From assembly GCA_012838615.1 (NCBI GenBank), contig DUOV01000005.1, positions 1 to 54,539 on the forward strand: a DNA stretch of 54,539 nucleotides. The letters run 5' to 3'. The notes beneath the pieces were generated by a model that was given only the letters and a program-made list of their open reading frames with translations, was not told the origin of the DNA and made no database searches. Positions within the stretch are counted from its first letter, which is position 1. Each line of letters starts with the position of its first letter. This document shows, one piece after another, positions 44,421-54,430 of the stretch. The stretch is from Clostridia bacterium (GTDB lineage: Bacteria > Bacillota > DUOV01 > Zhaonellaceae). The position numbers were made by a program, and so were the translations under genes.

Positions 44421-45472
44421 ATTGTGACCATTTCTTTAATTTTGTAAGACGTATCTTTAGACAAATCAATGTATTTATTACCCAGGGCAACCACAGGTTT
44501 AGATATGTTATAGGGAGGTACAAAAACAATCTCCCCAATTTCCCCAGTATTCATCTTTACCTTTGATCCGATATAAAAGTTTGCAATGTTAGTTAAAAAA
44601 GTTAACATTACTCTCACGTCAAACTGGCCATAGCCAATTTTCTCAAATTCCCTAAAAGTGTCGAAAGGGGTAATCCTTTTTTTATATACCCGCTCAGAAG
44701 TCAAAGCATCGTAAACATCAGCTACTGCGACAATCTTTGTATATAGTGATAATTTATCCCCAGTAACGGCTAAGGGATATCCTTGGCCGTCTTCTCTTTC
44801 GTGATGCATTAAAACAGCTACCCTTGTTTTTTTGTTGATATGAGGAATATCTTTGAGCATCTGATAACTATAAATAGGATGATTTTTTACTTCCTCAAAT
44901 TCTTCAGGAAGTAAAGGACCTTCTTTATTTAATATTTCAGGACTAATTTTACACTTACCAACATCGTGTAAAATTCCAGCTTGTATTACCTCAGTAATCT
45001 TCTTTTCTGAAAGTTCCAGCCATTTGGCGATTAACATGCTGTACAATGCTACATTTACACTATGGGTAAATGTATATTGATCTTTTTCTCTTAAACTGTT
45101 AAGACATTCTAGTAGCAAATAGTTGTGATAAATTTTTCTGTAAATGGACCTAGTCAAAGCGTCAACCCGCTCATAATCCAATTTTTCACCTGAGGCCAAG
45201 GCGTTGATAACAGCTTTATACTCTTCTATATCCTTTTTGTAGCTTATTTTAATTTGCTCTGCCGGTGTTAATCTACTTCGGGCGTCGATCACTAGATCAT
45301 CATTTACAATAGGTACCTTTGTTATGCCTAACTGACTCAACTTTTTAATAACATAATCATTCAATACAATGTTTTTGGATATTAGCAATACCCCTCGATC
45401 ATCAAAAATGTTTTTACCAATGACTTGTCCCGGTTCGCATTTGCCAATATCAACATACTTTAAGGTAAACAT
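44417..45472 (-). CDS. HD-GYP domain protein (putative c-di-GMP phosphodiesterase) with an uncharacterised N-terminal domain
   Basis: HDVGK...HHEREDGQGYP. Its stop overlaps the convergent deacetylase stop. Confidence 0.85.
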   Translation of the reverse strand: MFTLKYVDIGKCEPGQVIGKNIFDDRGVLLISKNIVLNDYVIKKLSQLGITKVPIVNDDLVIDARSRLTPAEQIKISYKKDIEEYKAVINALASGEKLDYERVDALTRSIYRKIYHNYLLLECLNSLREKDQYTFTHSVNVALYSMLIAKWLELSEKKITEVIQAGILHDVGKCKISPEILNKEGPLLPEEFEEVKNHPIYSYQMLKDIPHINKKTRVAVLMHHEREDGQGYPLAVTGDKLSLYTKIVAVADVYDALTSERVYKKRITPFDTFREFEKIGYGQFDVRVMLTFLTNIANFYIGSKVKMNTGEIGEIVFVPPYNISKPVVALGNKYIDLSKDTSYKIKEMVTI

Positions 45473-45552
45473 AGGCTCACCTAATAAAATAATATTTTAG
45501 AATATTTTATTAATTTAATTTCTACAGAAACTCGTATACTCCTTTATCTGAG

Positions 45553-46755
45553 TTAGATTTTTGCCTTAAACAGCTTAAGTATAAATAATGGACTTAGAGC
45601 CGAAACCAGTCCCCAGAAAAAATAAATTACTGCATAGCTAGCATGAAATGTAAGCAAACCAAATAAAAAGGAACTCAGCGCATAACTGCCGTCGATAGCA
45701 TTTTCCTGCATAGCTAAAGCTGTAGCAGCAATCTTTTCATCTGCCACATCCACAACCCAAGCAATTAAAATGGGGCGCGTACCAAAAAAACCTATACCTG
45801 ACAGCGCAGCACCAAAGTAAAGTGCCCACCCTTGTAACTGGGATAAAAAGGAAATAACCATTAATCCTATACCAAAAATACTGACAGCAGGCCAAAGCAC
45901 CCTACTCCTTCCCCAGTAATCAGAAGCCACGCCGCCCAAAATGCCTGCCAAACCACCAATACAAGCAAACAAAGTAAAAAATAATCCAAGATTGTCAATG
46001 CCGGCCTGACTTCCGGCAAATATCCCCACATAGGTGATAAGAACACTATAGCACGATGCCACAATAGCCATGGCTATATAAGTTTTAGTTAAGGTAACAT
46101 TCTGAAACAAGAGCTTTGTATTACTAAATGGTGAGATGACGTCTTTTTTCTTACTTTCTGGTGTTTCCCTTAAAAATAGTACTAGTCCAAAACTAACAAA
46201 ACAAATTAAAGCGTTAGAAATAAAATACTGATCATAACCGTAATTATTAATCAGACTTAAAGCTAAAAACGGCCCCACCATAAAAGCTAAAACAGTAACT
46301 AAACGGTAGATACCCATTACTGAACCACGTAACTTAACGGGGGTTAAGTCAGATACAACTAAACTACCTGCCGCAAGAAAAGTAGCCATGCCGATGGCCT
46401 GATATGCTCGGGCCAAGGCTTGCCAAACTAAATTTGGTGCTAACCAAATCAGCAGAGAAGAAGTGGCAAAAACAAAGCTACCTACTAAAAGAGGAAGTTT
46501 TCTTCCCAGTCGATCGGGCAACGAGCCGAGGAAAAAGCGTAAAATAACTGCCGACAAAGTAAAAATTGTACTGAGTAAGCCAGCTTCAAAATCAGAGCCT
46601 CCGATATTTTTTACATACAAAGGTAAGATGGTTAGACTATTAAATAAGTTCACATAAACGAAAAAAATAGCCCCTAAGACTAACAACATGTCTTTTTGTA
46701 ATATTACTGTTTTTAAATCTTCCTGCTTTTCCTTCCTAATAGAGACGTGCCCCAT
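45553..46755 (-). CDS. MFS transporter
   Basis: 12 predicted TM helices and a loop 2-3 motif LPDRLGRK. Confidence 0.85.
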   Translation of the reverse strand: MGHVSIRKEKQEDLKTVILQKDMLLVLGAIFFVYVNLFNSLTILPLYVKNIGGSDFEAGLLSTIFTLSAVILRFFLGSLPDRLGRKLPLLVGSFVFATSSLLIWLAPNLVWQALARAYQAIGMATFLAAGSLVVSDLTPVKLRGSVMGIYRLVTVLAFMVGPFLALSLINNYGYDQYFISNALICFVSFGLVLFLRETPESKKKDVISPFSNTKLLFQNVTLTKTYIAMAIVASCYSVLITYVGIFAGSQAGIDNLGLFFTLFACIGGLAGILGGVASDYWGRSRVLWPAVSIFGIGLMVISFLSQLQGWALYFGAALSGIGFFGTRPILIAWVVDVADEKIAATALAMQENAIDGSYALSSFLFGLLTFHASYAVIYFFWGLVSALSPLFILKLFKAKI

Positions 46756-47108
46756 ATACTAAATTCCTTTCTGATTTTTATTAGAAAAACTTGGCTTTCG
46801 CCAAGTCCTTTGGACGAAGACGAAAGCCTTAGTTGCTATTATTTAAAATCAGAAAGCTTGTACTTTCTGATTCTATTAGAATATTACACATATTTTACTT
46901 TTCTCCTTTATTTTTTCCTGCCAAATATGAAAAAGCCTCTCTAGCTTTCAACTTTACACGCTTTACTCTTTTGCTTATTTTAGCCTTGGATTACCAATAA
47001 TAATTTATATTATAGCTTTGTAAGCAACAATTAAAGTCATTTTGTAAAAGGGAAGCTAAAAAAAATGGGGAATATATTAACAAAGCAATGTTTTAAGGAG
47101 GGCTGGGT

Positions 47109-48299
47109 GTGCGTGGAATAGCTTTGCGAGAAGTTCTGGAACTTCTTCCTCCCAATAGTGTCAACATGCTAGCAGGTGATAAAAATCTGCACCGCCTGGT
47201 AACAGGAGTGACTCTTATTGAAACTCCAGATGCGGGAGATTGGGTCAAAGGTGGAGAGTTACTACTTACTACCGGTTACATTTTTAAGGATGCTCCCCAA
47301 AACATGATAGAGCTTATAAAACAGCTTCATCGAAAAAAAACTGCTGCCTTAGGAATTAAACTTAACCGCTACCTGGAGTCTTTACCACCACAAATTATCA
47401 CTCTAGCCCAGGAACTTGATTTTCCTATATTTACTATTTTAACAGAGAAGCCAACTTTTCTAGATATAATCTCAAGAGTCTACGAACGGATTGAAAAACA
47501 AAAAGCTCTCCAAAACGTCCAAGAAAAAATTCTTGATACTTATCTCAAAGAAATTTTGTTGCAAGAAAATTTAAATCCTAAAAAAGAAATTATCTATGAA
47601 GAAGCTTGGCTGCCTAAAATATCACCTGAAAAACCTAAAGCTATTTTCTTGTTGCAAAGTAAGTTTTTCAAGGAAAACCCGGCTTTATACAAAAAAATAT
47701 GCTACGAGACTACTGGCTCCCAGCTTGTAACTCATCTGCAAAAAGATCAGTTAGCCTTGATTATAGAAATCTCAGCTTCAGATAACCCAACTAAAGAGGT
47801 AGCCTTGCAAAAAGCTACCTCTTTACAGGAAAGCTATAAAAGCCTACATCCTACTGATAAGCTAATAATAGGAATAAGCAGTTTTTATACGGATCTGTTA
47901 AAATTACACCTGGCACTTGTGGAGGCAGAAAAATCTTTAACAATTGGTCTAGCCGTCTGGCCCAAGGGTACTATTTTTCATTATGATGATCTGGGCTTTT
48001 ACAGGCTGATAGTTAACCAAACAGATTCAGAGGAACTAAAAGCCTTCTACCGAGATACTTTAGAGCCTTTAGTCGCCTATGACAAGAATAACCAAACTTT
48101 TCTGGTGCCAACCTTGGAAGCATATTTAAAAAATAACGGTAATATCACTTCAACGGCTCAAAACTTATTTGTCCACTATAATACGGTCAAGTATCGCCTT
48201 GAGCAAATAGAAGAACTATTAGAAATAACCCTTAAGGATGCAGAAGTCCGCTTTAACCTACAAGTCGCCTTAAAAGTCCACCAGCTACTTACTAGCTGA
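47109..48299 (+). CDS. PucR/CdaR-family transcriptional regulator
   Basis: N-terminal PucR-like purine-catabolism regulatory domain (LAGDKNLHRLVTGVTLIETPD...GGELLLTTG). C-terminal HTH TAQNLFVHYNTVKYRLEQIEELL. Confidence 0.85.
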   Translation: MRGIALREVLELLPPNSVNMLAGDKNLHRLVTGVTLIETPDAGDWVKGGELLLTTGYIFKDAPQNMIELIKQLHRKKTAALGIKLNRYLESLPPQIITLAQELDFPIFTILTEKPTFLDIISRVYERIEKQKALQNVQEKILDTYLKEILLQENLNPKKEIIYEEAWLPKISPEKPKAIFLLQSKFFKENPALYKKICYETTGSQLVTHLQKDQLALIIEISASDNPTKEVALQKATSLQESYKSLHPTDKLIIGISSFYTDLLKLHLALVEAEKSLTIGLAVWPKGTIFHYDDLGFYRLIVNQTDSEELKAFYRDTLEPLVAYDKNNQTFLVPTLEAYLKNNGNITSTAQNLFVHYNTVKYRLEQIEELLEITLKDAEVRFNLQVALKVHQLLTS

Positions 48300-48746
48300 T
48301 GCAATAGCCTTAATTATTTGTATATATCCGGTACACCGGCATAAATTACCGGATATGGCTTCTTTTATTTCTTCTTTGGTGGGGTTTGGATTGTTCATCA
48401 ACAAGGCTTTAGCACTCATTAACATGCCTGGAGTACAAAAACCGCATTGAATGGCATGATTTTTAATAAAGGATTGTTGCAAAGAGTCTAGTTCTCCATT
48501 TTGGGACAGGCCTTCCACGGTAATAACTTCTGTCCCTTCTACCTGAGGCACTAAGACCATACAGGAGTTTACAGCTTTTTTATTGATAATTACTGTACAA
48601 GCCCCACATTCTCCTATTTCGCAGCCTTTTTTTGTTCCGGTCAGATCCAGCTTTTCCCTTAACAGTTCTAAGAGAGTCATATCAGGAGGAGCCATAACTG
48701 TTACTTCCCTACCATTTAAGTTAAAGCAGATTTTTAGCTCAGGCAT
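48285..48746 (-). CDS. Xanthine-dehydrogenase-family [2Fe-2S] small subunit
   Basis: GCEIGECGACTV and CGFCTPGM...LCRCTGY motifs. Confidence 0.9.
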   Translation of the reverse strand: MPELKICFNLNGREVTVMAPPDMTLLELLREKLDLTGTKKGCEIGECGACTVIINKKAVNSCMVLVPQVEGTEVITVEGLSQNGELDSLQQSFIKNHAIQCGFCTPGMLMSAKALLMNNPNPTKEEIKEAISGNLCRCTGYIQIIKAIASASK

Positions 48747-49605
48747 AAGCTTTATCCCCTTTCCATGCCACTTGTAAAAGCCTGACCGTCAGCCTTTCAA
48801 CTACCGGAAGTTTATAGTTGCTGGAAGGGCGCTTCCCGGTTACAGCAAGTACATGCTCTCTAGCCATTACTCCTGCCTCTTCTAAAAGCTCTTGGGAAAT
48901 ATTTTTGCCTACCAGGTATTCCTCAACATCTGTGAAACGGTGAGGAGTAGGGGTAGCCGACCCTATTATCAAGCTCACATCTTTGATAATTTCATCTTCT
49001 AGTTTTAGTAAACATACACCGTTAAGCCGGGAAATAGCCAGGGCATTACGACGACCTACTTTTTTATAGGCCATTCCCGTTCCTTTCGGAGGAACATTAA
49101 CTTCAATCCTAATTATTATTTCACCAGGTTCCAAGCTTGTCTTATAAGGTCCAACTATTAATTCGGCAACAGGTACTTTCCTTAAACCGTTTTGTTTAGC
49201 TATAACTGCCACTCCATCCAGAGCTACTAAAACCGGTACTAGATCTGCGGCAGGACTGGCATTAGCAATGTTTCCTCCCACCGTGCCACGGTTGCGGATT
49301 TGAGGCGAACCTACCGCTTTAGCGCCACAAGCTAAAACAGATATTAGTTCTTGAACTAAAGGATGGGCGGCGAGCTCACTAAAAGTTACTAACGCGCCAA
49401 TAGAAAGATTATCTCCTTCTTGGCTAATTGTTTTTAGTTCTTCAATCTTGGACAAATCCACAATCCCCTCGGGCTTGATTTGGCCCTTCCTCATATTTAC
49501 CAGCAAATCGGTGCCTCCTGCCAAAATATGAACAGGACCAGGAAAAACGCTCAAGAAAGTCAAAGCTTCCGCAAGTTTTAAGGGTTGGTAATATTCTTTA
49601 ATCAT
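48739..49605 (-). CDS. Xanthine-dehydrogenase-family FAD-binding medium subunit
   Basis: CoxM/XdhB-like: ILAGGTDLL...IRNRGTVGGNIANASPAAD. Confidence 0.9.
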   Translation of the reverse strand: MIKEYYQPLKLAEALTFLSVFPGPVHILAGGTDLLVNMRKGQIKPEGIVDLSKIEELKTISQEGDNLSIGALVTFSELAAHPLVQELISVLACGAKAVGSPQIRNRGTVGGNIANASPAADLVPVLVALDGVAVIAKQNGLRKVPVAELIVGPYKTSLEPGEIIIRIEVNVPPKGTGMAYKKVGRRNALAISRLNGVCLLKLEDEIIKDVSLIIGSATPTPHRFTDVEEYLVGKNISQELLEEAGVMAREHVLAVTGKRPSSNYKLPVVERLTVRLLQVAWKGDKAYA

Positions 49606-51874
49606 TACAGCACCTTCCTTTGGCTGCTCTAGCTTTGTCTAAAACTGCTTCTAAGTTGGCCGGTAAATCGTAAACCCTCGTTCCTAGGGCATCGGCTATG
49701 GCATTTAAGATGGCCGGAGCTACCGCTGACATAACCGGTTCTCCCAGCCCCTTGGCACCTAGTGGCCCATAGGAACTAGGCTGTTCAACTATGACCGGTA
49801 TGATCTCGTGAATGTCCAGAGAAGTAGGCAAGAGATATTCATCAAAATTAACGGTTTTAACCACGCCTTGTCTCACTACCAGGTCTTCCATGAGGGCATA
49901 TCCAATTCCCATGGAAACCCCGCCCGCGATCTGTCCTTTAACTTCTTCTTTGTCCAAAGCCTTACCTACATCGTGGACGGCCACAAATTTCATTACCTCG
50001 ACCTTTCCTAGATCCAGATCTAGCTCAACTTCAGCTGCACAAGCGCCATAGACATAAGATGAGTATGCTTCCCCTTGGCCCTTTTCCCGATCCCAGCTTC
50101 CGACCGGCGGACTCCACCAGCCATAACCATAGGGACTTTTAGACTTAAGATAACATTGGGCCGCTATTCGACTAAAAGAAATACTTTTACTCGGATCGCC
50201 CGGGCAGTAAATTCGTTCATCTTTAAAGACCAACTCTTCAGGTCTGACGCCTAACTCTTCGGCAGCAACTTCTGCAAACTTTGCTTTAACCTCCTCAGCT
50301 GCCAGCCTAATTGCGTTACCGATAACATAAGTCCCTCTGGTCGCTACAGTTGGACCGCTATCGGGTACATAGCAAGTGTCTACCGGACTGACAAAAATCC
50401 GTGAAGGTTTAATGCCTAAAACCTCGGACACGACCCTTACGAGCATAGTATGGCCGCCCTGACCTACTTCACTCATGGCAGAGTAAAGAGTTATACTACC
50501 ATCTCTTTGCACCTGTAAAGTTGCACCGGCGTAATCACTACCTTGCCCGGCGGAGCCAAAGGATTCTCCCCTATACATGCAAGCCAACCCTAGACCTTTT
50601 ACAATGCTCCCTGTTTTATCTTGCTGCTTTAACTCAGCTTTCCGACTTGACCACTTTATCTCCTGTTCCAGCTTGTCTAAACACTCGTCAAGAGTAACGT
50701 TTTGCATAACCTGTCCTGTAGCGGAAAGGGAGTTGTCTTTTAGACCGTTTATTCTACGAAATTTCAGAGGATCAATTCCAAGTTTTTCTGCCAGTTCATC
50801 CATAAGAAGTTCAGAAGCATAAGCAACCTGGGGCGAGCCAAAGCCCCGCATAGCACAGCTAGTCACGTTATTGGTGTAAACACATATTGCCTCTGTATGC
50901 ACGTTAGGAACAACATAAGGTCCGGTTGCCTCTATTGATGAACGACTGATTACAAAGGGCGTTTTGGATTTATAGGCCCCAGAATCCCCAATAATTTTAA
51001 CTTCCATAGCTGTAAGCTTGCCGTTTTTCTTGACACCAACTTTATACTTCATCTTGTAAGGGTGCCGTTTGGTGCTTTCAACTATTGATTCTTCTCTAGT
51101 ATAGACGATTTTACATGGACGGCCTGTTAATTTAGCAGCTAGAGCTGCCCTTGAGGCCAATACGCCTGCATCATAACATTTACTGCCAAAGGATCCTCCT
51201 ATGGTAGGCTGGAACAACCTAATCTGGCTTTGGGGCATGGCCATAGTTTCAGCAACTATTTGTCTCACTTGAAATGGGCTGTTGGTAGGGCAATAGACAG
51301 TTATCCCCTCAAAAGTAGGTACGGCAATTGCAACCTCCGGTTCGATGGGAGCATGTTCAACCCGGTGAGTATTGTATTCCCGTTCCAAGATAAGATCAGC
51401 TTCTTTAAAACCTGCTTCTACATCGCCTTTACAAACTTTACTCTGGGCAGCCACATTGTTATCGCCGTGAACTAAAGGTGCTCCAGTCTTTAGAGCCTCT
51501 TCCGGATCAAAGACGGCTTCTAGTAATTCATATTCTACCCGGACAGCCTCCGCACCCTCCAAAGCAGCCTTCGGTGATTCAGCAACAACCAAGGCTACTC
51601 CGTCTCCCGCATACCGGGCAATTTCAGGCACCAGGATTGGCCTTTCTTTTGGTTGACAGGGTAGGCCTGGAATGTCTGTTGCCGTTAAGACAGCTACAAC
51701 TCCTTCTATAGCCAGAGCCTTTTCCTTATTGATACCGATAACCCTAGCATGGGGATGAGGACAACGAACTACTTTTAAATAAAGCATATTATCGAATTTC
51801 AAGTCATCAGTATATTTAGCCTTACCTAGAGCCTTAGCTAATACATCCACCCTGGTGATCGAACTATCGGCCAA
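49598..51874 (-). CDS. Xanthine-dehydrogenase-family molybdopterin-binding large subunit
   Basis: 758 aa with GGSFGSK, the MRGFG motif, and GAKGLGE near the C-terminus. TTG start after GAAAGGAGGG. Confidence 0.9.
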   Translation of the reverse strand: MADSSITRVDVLAKALGKAKYTDDLKFDNMLYLKVVRCPHPHARVIGINKEKALAIEGVVAVLTATDIPGLPCQPKERPILVPEIARYAGDGVALVVAESPKAALEGAEAVRVEYELLEAVFDPEEALKTGAPLVHGDNNVAAQSKVCKGDVEAGFKEADLILEREYNTHRVEHAPIEPEVAIAVPTFEGITVYCPTNSPFQVRQIVAETMAMPQSQIRLFQPTIGGSFGSKCYDAGVLASRAALAAKLTGRPCKIVYTREESIVESTKRHPYKMKYKVGVKKNGKLTAMEVKIIGDSGAYKSKTPFVISRSSIEATGPYVVPNVHTEAICVYTNNVTSCAMRGFGSPQVAYASELLMDELAEKLGIDPLKFRRINGLKDNSLSATGQVMQNVTLDECLDKLEQEIKWSSRKAELKQQDKTGSIVKGLGLACMYRGESFGSAGQGSDYAGATLQVQRDGSITLYSAMSEVGQGGHTMLVRVVSEVLGIKPSRIFVSPVDTCYVPDSGPTVATRGTYVIGNAIRLAAEEVKAKFAEVAAEELGVRPEELVFKDERIYCPGDPSKSISFSRIAAQCYLKSKSPYGYGWWSPPVGSWDREKGQGEAYSSYVYGACAAEVELDLDLGKVEVMKFVAVHDVGKALDKEEVKGQIAGGVSMGIGYALMEDLVVRQGVVKTVNFDEYLLPTSLDIHEIIPVIVEQPSSYGPLGAKGLGEPVMSAVAPAILNAIADALGTRVYDLPANLEAVLDKARAAKGRCCND

Positions 51875-52091
51875 AATACGCCCTCCTTTCGTATTTTAAA
51901 AAGACCTTATAACTGTACAAGTATAATTTTATACTTATTATCTATTGTTTTGGTATATTAGTCTTCGCCAATTATTTGCCTTATCCTTTGTGAAACTTTT
52001 GCTCCCATATAGAAAACGGGCAAATTCAGTTTCCTTGTCGCCCGCCTTTAAGCCGACATTTAAAAACGCCTTTTAAAATTCCTAGCAATTT

Positions 52092-52120
52092 AAAAAGGCG
52101 TGCCGCGACACGCCTTTTTT
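52092..52120. terminator. Bidirectional terminator
   Basis: aaaaaggcgtg-ccgcga-cacgcctttttt. Confidence 0.7.
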
Positions 52121-52138
52121 ATATTTAGGGCAAGCAAA

Positions 52139-52585
52139 TTAATCTCTTAACTTTTCCAGCTGAGCCTTTAATTCTTCAACACTTATACCCTTCTTTTTGG
52201 CCAGTTCTTCCAATCTTGCTTCCCGTTCTTTTTTAATTTGTTCTTTTAATTCTTCTACGGTTATGCCTTTCTTTTTAGCCAGCTCCTCTAATCTTGCTTC
52301 CCGCTCCTTTTTCATTTGAGCTTTCAATTCATCTACAGTAATGCCCTTTTTCCTGGCCATTTTTTCCAGCCTTGCTTCTCGCTCTTTTTTTAATTCAATT
52401 ACTAATTCTTCGATGGTCAACCCTTTTTCTTCGGCAAGATCCTCTAAGTCAAGTTTGTGATGAATACCATTCTTACAATAAATAAGTTGCTCAGGAAAAT
52501 TATTTGCAGCAAATACAGGTACTATTGAAGACAACATAAATGCTCCGCTAAAAGTTACTGTCAGGAGTTTTTTCTTAAAAGACAC
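52139..52585 (-). CDS. Secreted coiled-coil protein built from 26-aa tandem repeats
   Basis: Signal peptide MSFKKKLLTVTFSGAFMLSSIVPVFA, then repeats of KKGITVEELKEQIKKEREARLEELAK. Confidence 0.7.
   Translation of the reverse strand: MSFKKKLLTVTFSGAFMLSSIVPVFAANNFPEQLIYCKNGIHHKLDLEDLAEEKGLTIEELVIELKKEREARLEKMARKKGITVDELKAQMKKEREARLEELAKKKGITVEELKEQIKKEREARLEELAKKKGISVEELKAQLEKLRD
52172..52450 (-). repeat. 78-bp tandem repeat, about 3.5 copies, inside the CDS
   Basis: Unit starts counted at 52172, 52250, 52328 and 52406, an exact 78-bp period. The copies are diverged mainly at synonymous or conservative positions. Confidence 0.8.
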
Positions 52586-52753
52586 TTATTGTCCTCCTTC
52601 TGATTTTTTTCTTGCCCTGTATTTATTTTTACCCAACCAAATCTTTATCATGGTAATTAAATTATGTAAATTTAAGAAATTTTTTTGATGCTATTAACCT
52701 GTTAAAAATAAGTTGGAAAAAGATGCTATTGAATCTGCTTTTTTGAAAAAAGT

Positions 52754-52780
52754 GAACCACCCACTAAAAGCGGATGGTTC
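52754..52780 (-). terminator. Terminator after the beta-eliminating lyase gene
   Basis: Imperfect stem gaaccaccc.../...ggatggttc. The minus strand follows with ACTTTTTTC. Confidence 0.5.
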
Positions 52781-52793
52781 TATTGTCAATATA

Positions 52794-54254
52794 TTATGCT
52801 TGATCGGAAAAATCTTTAATAAAGGCTTGGGCCAATTCTTGGGGCCAATTTTCGCTTGCTCCGCCTGCTGCAATAGGCTTTAATCTACCTATAAAGAAAC
52901 GCAGCATCTCAGGTTCGTAATCAAAAGTTAAGCCACCGATCATATCACGATGCTCGTACAACCATGCTATTCTATCTACTGCATACTCAATGTGAGACAT
53001 GGTAAATACCCGGCGCGGAACGGCCAACCGTACCAGCTCTATCTCCGAAATTAATTCTTTACCGTCAACGTCACGGTCCATAGATATAGTACCACGTTCC
53101 ATGCCTCTAACTCCTGAGCAGATAAAGATAGCTGCTGCCAAGGCACCGGCAGGGTATTGTTCATGGGCGACGTTAGGTATAAAACGCGAGGCATCAACAT
53201 GGGCACCTACTCCACCAGCAGGTGTAACCATAGGTACGCCTTTTTCCAAGAGTCTACCCACAAAGTATTCAATTAAATCAGCTGCACATCCGGCTGTATA
53301 TTCATCGGTCATTTCACGTAAACCTACAGCCATAGACTCAATTTCCCGCGTAGAAATACCGCCGTAAGTTAAAAAGCCTTCGTAAACAGGTATTAAAGGA
53401 GCCATAATCTTGTATAATTCCTTTTTGCCTGTAGCAATAAGACCACCCCGGGAAGTACAGCTTTTGCGGGCCGACATATAGACCAGATCGGCCATGCCCA
53501 CAATTTCTTTAACAATATCTGCAATAGAGGTGTTTTCGTAACCTGCTTCCCGCTTTTTGATCATGTAAGCGTTATCGCCTATGAGACTGGTATCAATAAT
53601 AATAGGTATATTATGTTTATCGGCTATTGCTTTTACTGCTTTCAGATTAGCCATAGAAAATGGCTGACCGCCTAAAAGATTGGCAGTAGATTCCATGCGG
53701 ATAAAAGGTATTTTATCTGCGCCGTGGGTTGCAATAAGGTTTTCCAGTTTATCTAAATCTAAATTGCCTTTAAATAAGCAACTACTATCAGTCTTAAAAG
53801 CCTCATCAGTACAAATTTCTTCTACCGTAGCACCTTGTAACACAAAATGAGCCTTAGTAGTAGTAAAATGTTGATTCATAGGTACAATATGACCTGGTTT
53901 TACTAATGCTTTAGCGATGATATGTTCTGCTGCCCGACCTTGGTGAACCGGTAAAGTATATTCCATACCAAATACGTCCCGCACCGCGTCTGCCAGCTTA
54001 TAAAAGCTTTCCGACCCAGCGTAAGCATCGTCTGACTCCATGGAAGCAGCTAACTGATGATCACTTTGGGCATTAGTACCCGAGTCAGTAAGCATATCAA
54101 GAAATATGTCTCTTGTTCTAAGTAAAAAGGTATTGAAGCCTGCTTCCTCAATTGCCTTTAGCCTCTGTCCTACCGTAGGGAAAGGTAAACGCTGTATGAT
54201 TTTTACTTTGTGCATGTCTAAGGGTATTTGTCGACCGTTTGATAGTTTTATCAT
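52794..54254 (-). CDS. Beta-eliminating lyase family (tryptophanase / tyrosine phenol-lyase-like), PLP-dependent
   Basis: Collinear with TnaA/TPL: DMLTDSGTNAQSD, HQGRAAE, a PLP-lysine block (MSARKSCTSRGG), YGGIS and LTFDYEPEMLRFF. It has a ~25-aa C-terminal extension. Confidence 0.85.
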   Translation of the reverse strand: MIKLSNGRQIPLDMHKVKIIQRLPFPTVGQRLKAIEEAGFNTFLLRTRDIFLDMLTDSGTNAQSDHQLAASMESDDAYAGSESFYKLADAVRDVFGMEYTLPVHQGRAAEHIIAKALVKPGHIVPMNQHFTTTKAHFVLQGATVEEICTDEAFKTDSSCLFKGNLDLDKLENLIATHGADKIPFIRMESTANLLGGQPFSMANLKAVKAIADKHNIPIIIDTSLIGDNAYMIKKREAGYENTSIADIVKEIVGMADLVYMSARKSCTSRGGLIATGKKELYKIMAPLIPVYEGFLTYGGISTREIESMAVGLREMTDEYTAGCAADLIEYFVGRLLEKGVPMVTPAGGVGAHVDASRFIPNVAHEQYPAGALAAAIFICSGVRGMERGTISMDRDVDGKELISEIELVRLAVPRRVFTMSHIEYAVDRIAWLYEHRDMIGGLTFDYEPEMLRFFIGRLKPIAAGGASENWPQELAQAFIKDFSDQA

Positions 54255-54338
54255 CTTTTTTCCTCCATCCTACCTTGCTACTCAAGGGATATTTTAGTTC
54301 ATATCTACTAGGATAAAGCATTTGTCGAGGATTGTAAA

Positions 54339-54430
54339 GATAAAGTACAATTAAGTGTCTTTATTTTATGATAATTTCACCCTTAAGATTATCGTGTGAT
54401 TATTTCACCCCTGATAAAGTACAATTAAGT
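54339..54430. repeat. Nested direct repeats in the lyase upstream region
   Basis: GATAAAGTACAATTAAGT occurs at 54339..54356 and 54413..54430. Between them are TGATAATTTCACCC (54369..54382) and TGATTATTTCACCC (54397..54410), giving an A-B-B-A order. Confidence 0.6.

Noticed and set aside
46747-46944. 65-aa plus-strand ORF in the MFS/PucR intergenic region
   Set aside because: It starts inside the MFS start region, has no RBS, and consists of AT-rich low-complexity sequence. It is more likely promoter DNA.
51875-52090. Purine riboswitch upstream of the xanthine-dehydrogenase-family operon
   Set aside because: The minus strand contains UAUAUGG...GUUUCAC...GACUAAUAUA, which superficially resembles the purine aptamer junctions. 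However, no P2 and P3 helices can be drawn between them.
52999-53367. 122-aa plus-strand ORF
   Set aside because: It is antisense to the beta-eliminating lyase gene.
53440-53480. Possible loss of the PLP lysine in the lyase (SARK instead of SAKK or SGKK)
   Set aside because: In TnaA and TPL the second Lys of the pair is the PLP-binding residue, and it is retained here. The R substitution affects only the preceding position.
54339-54430. CRISPR array or mobile-element terminal repeat
   Set aside because: There are only two copies of each short repeat. There is no regular repeat-spacer periodicity, no cas or transposase genes, and no target-site duplication.
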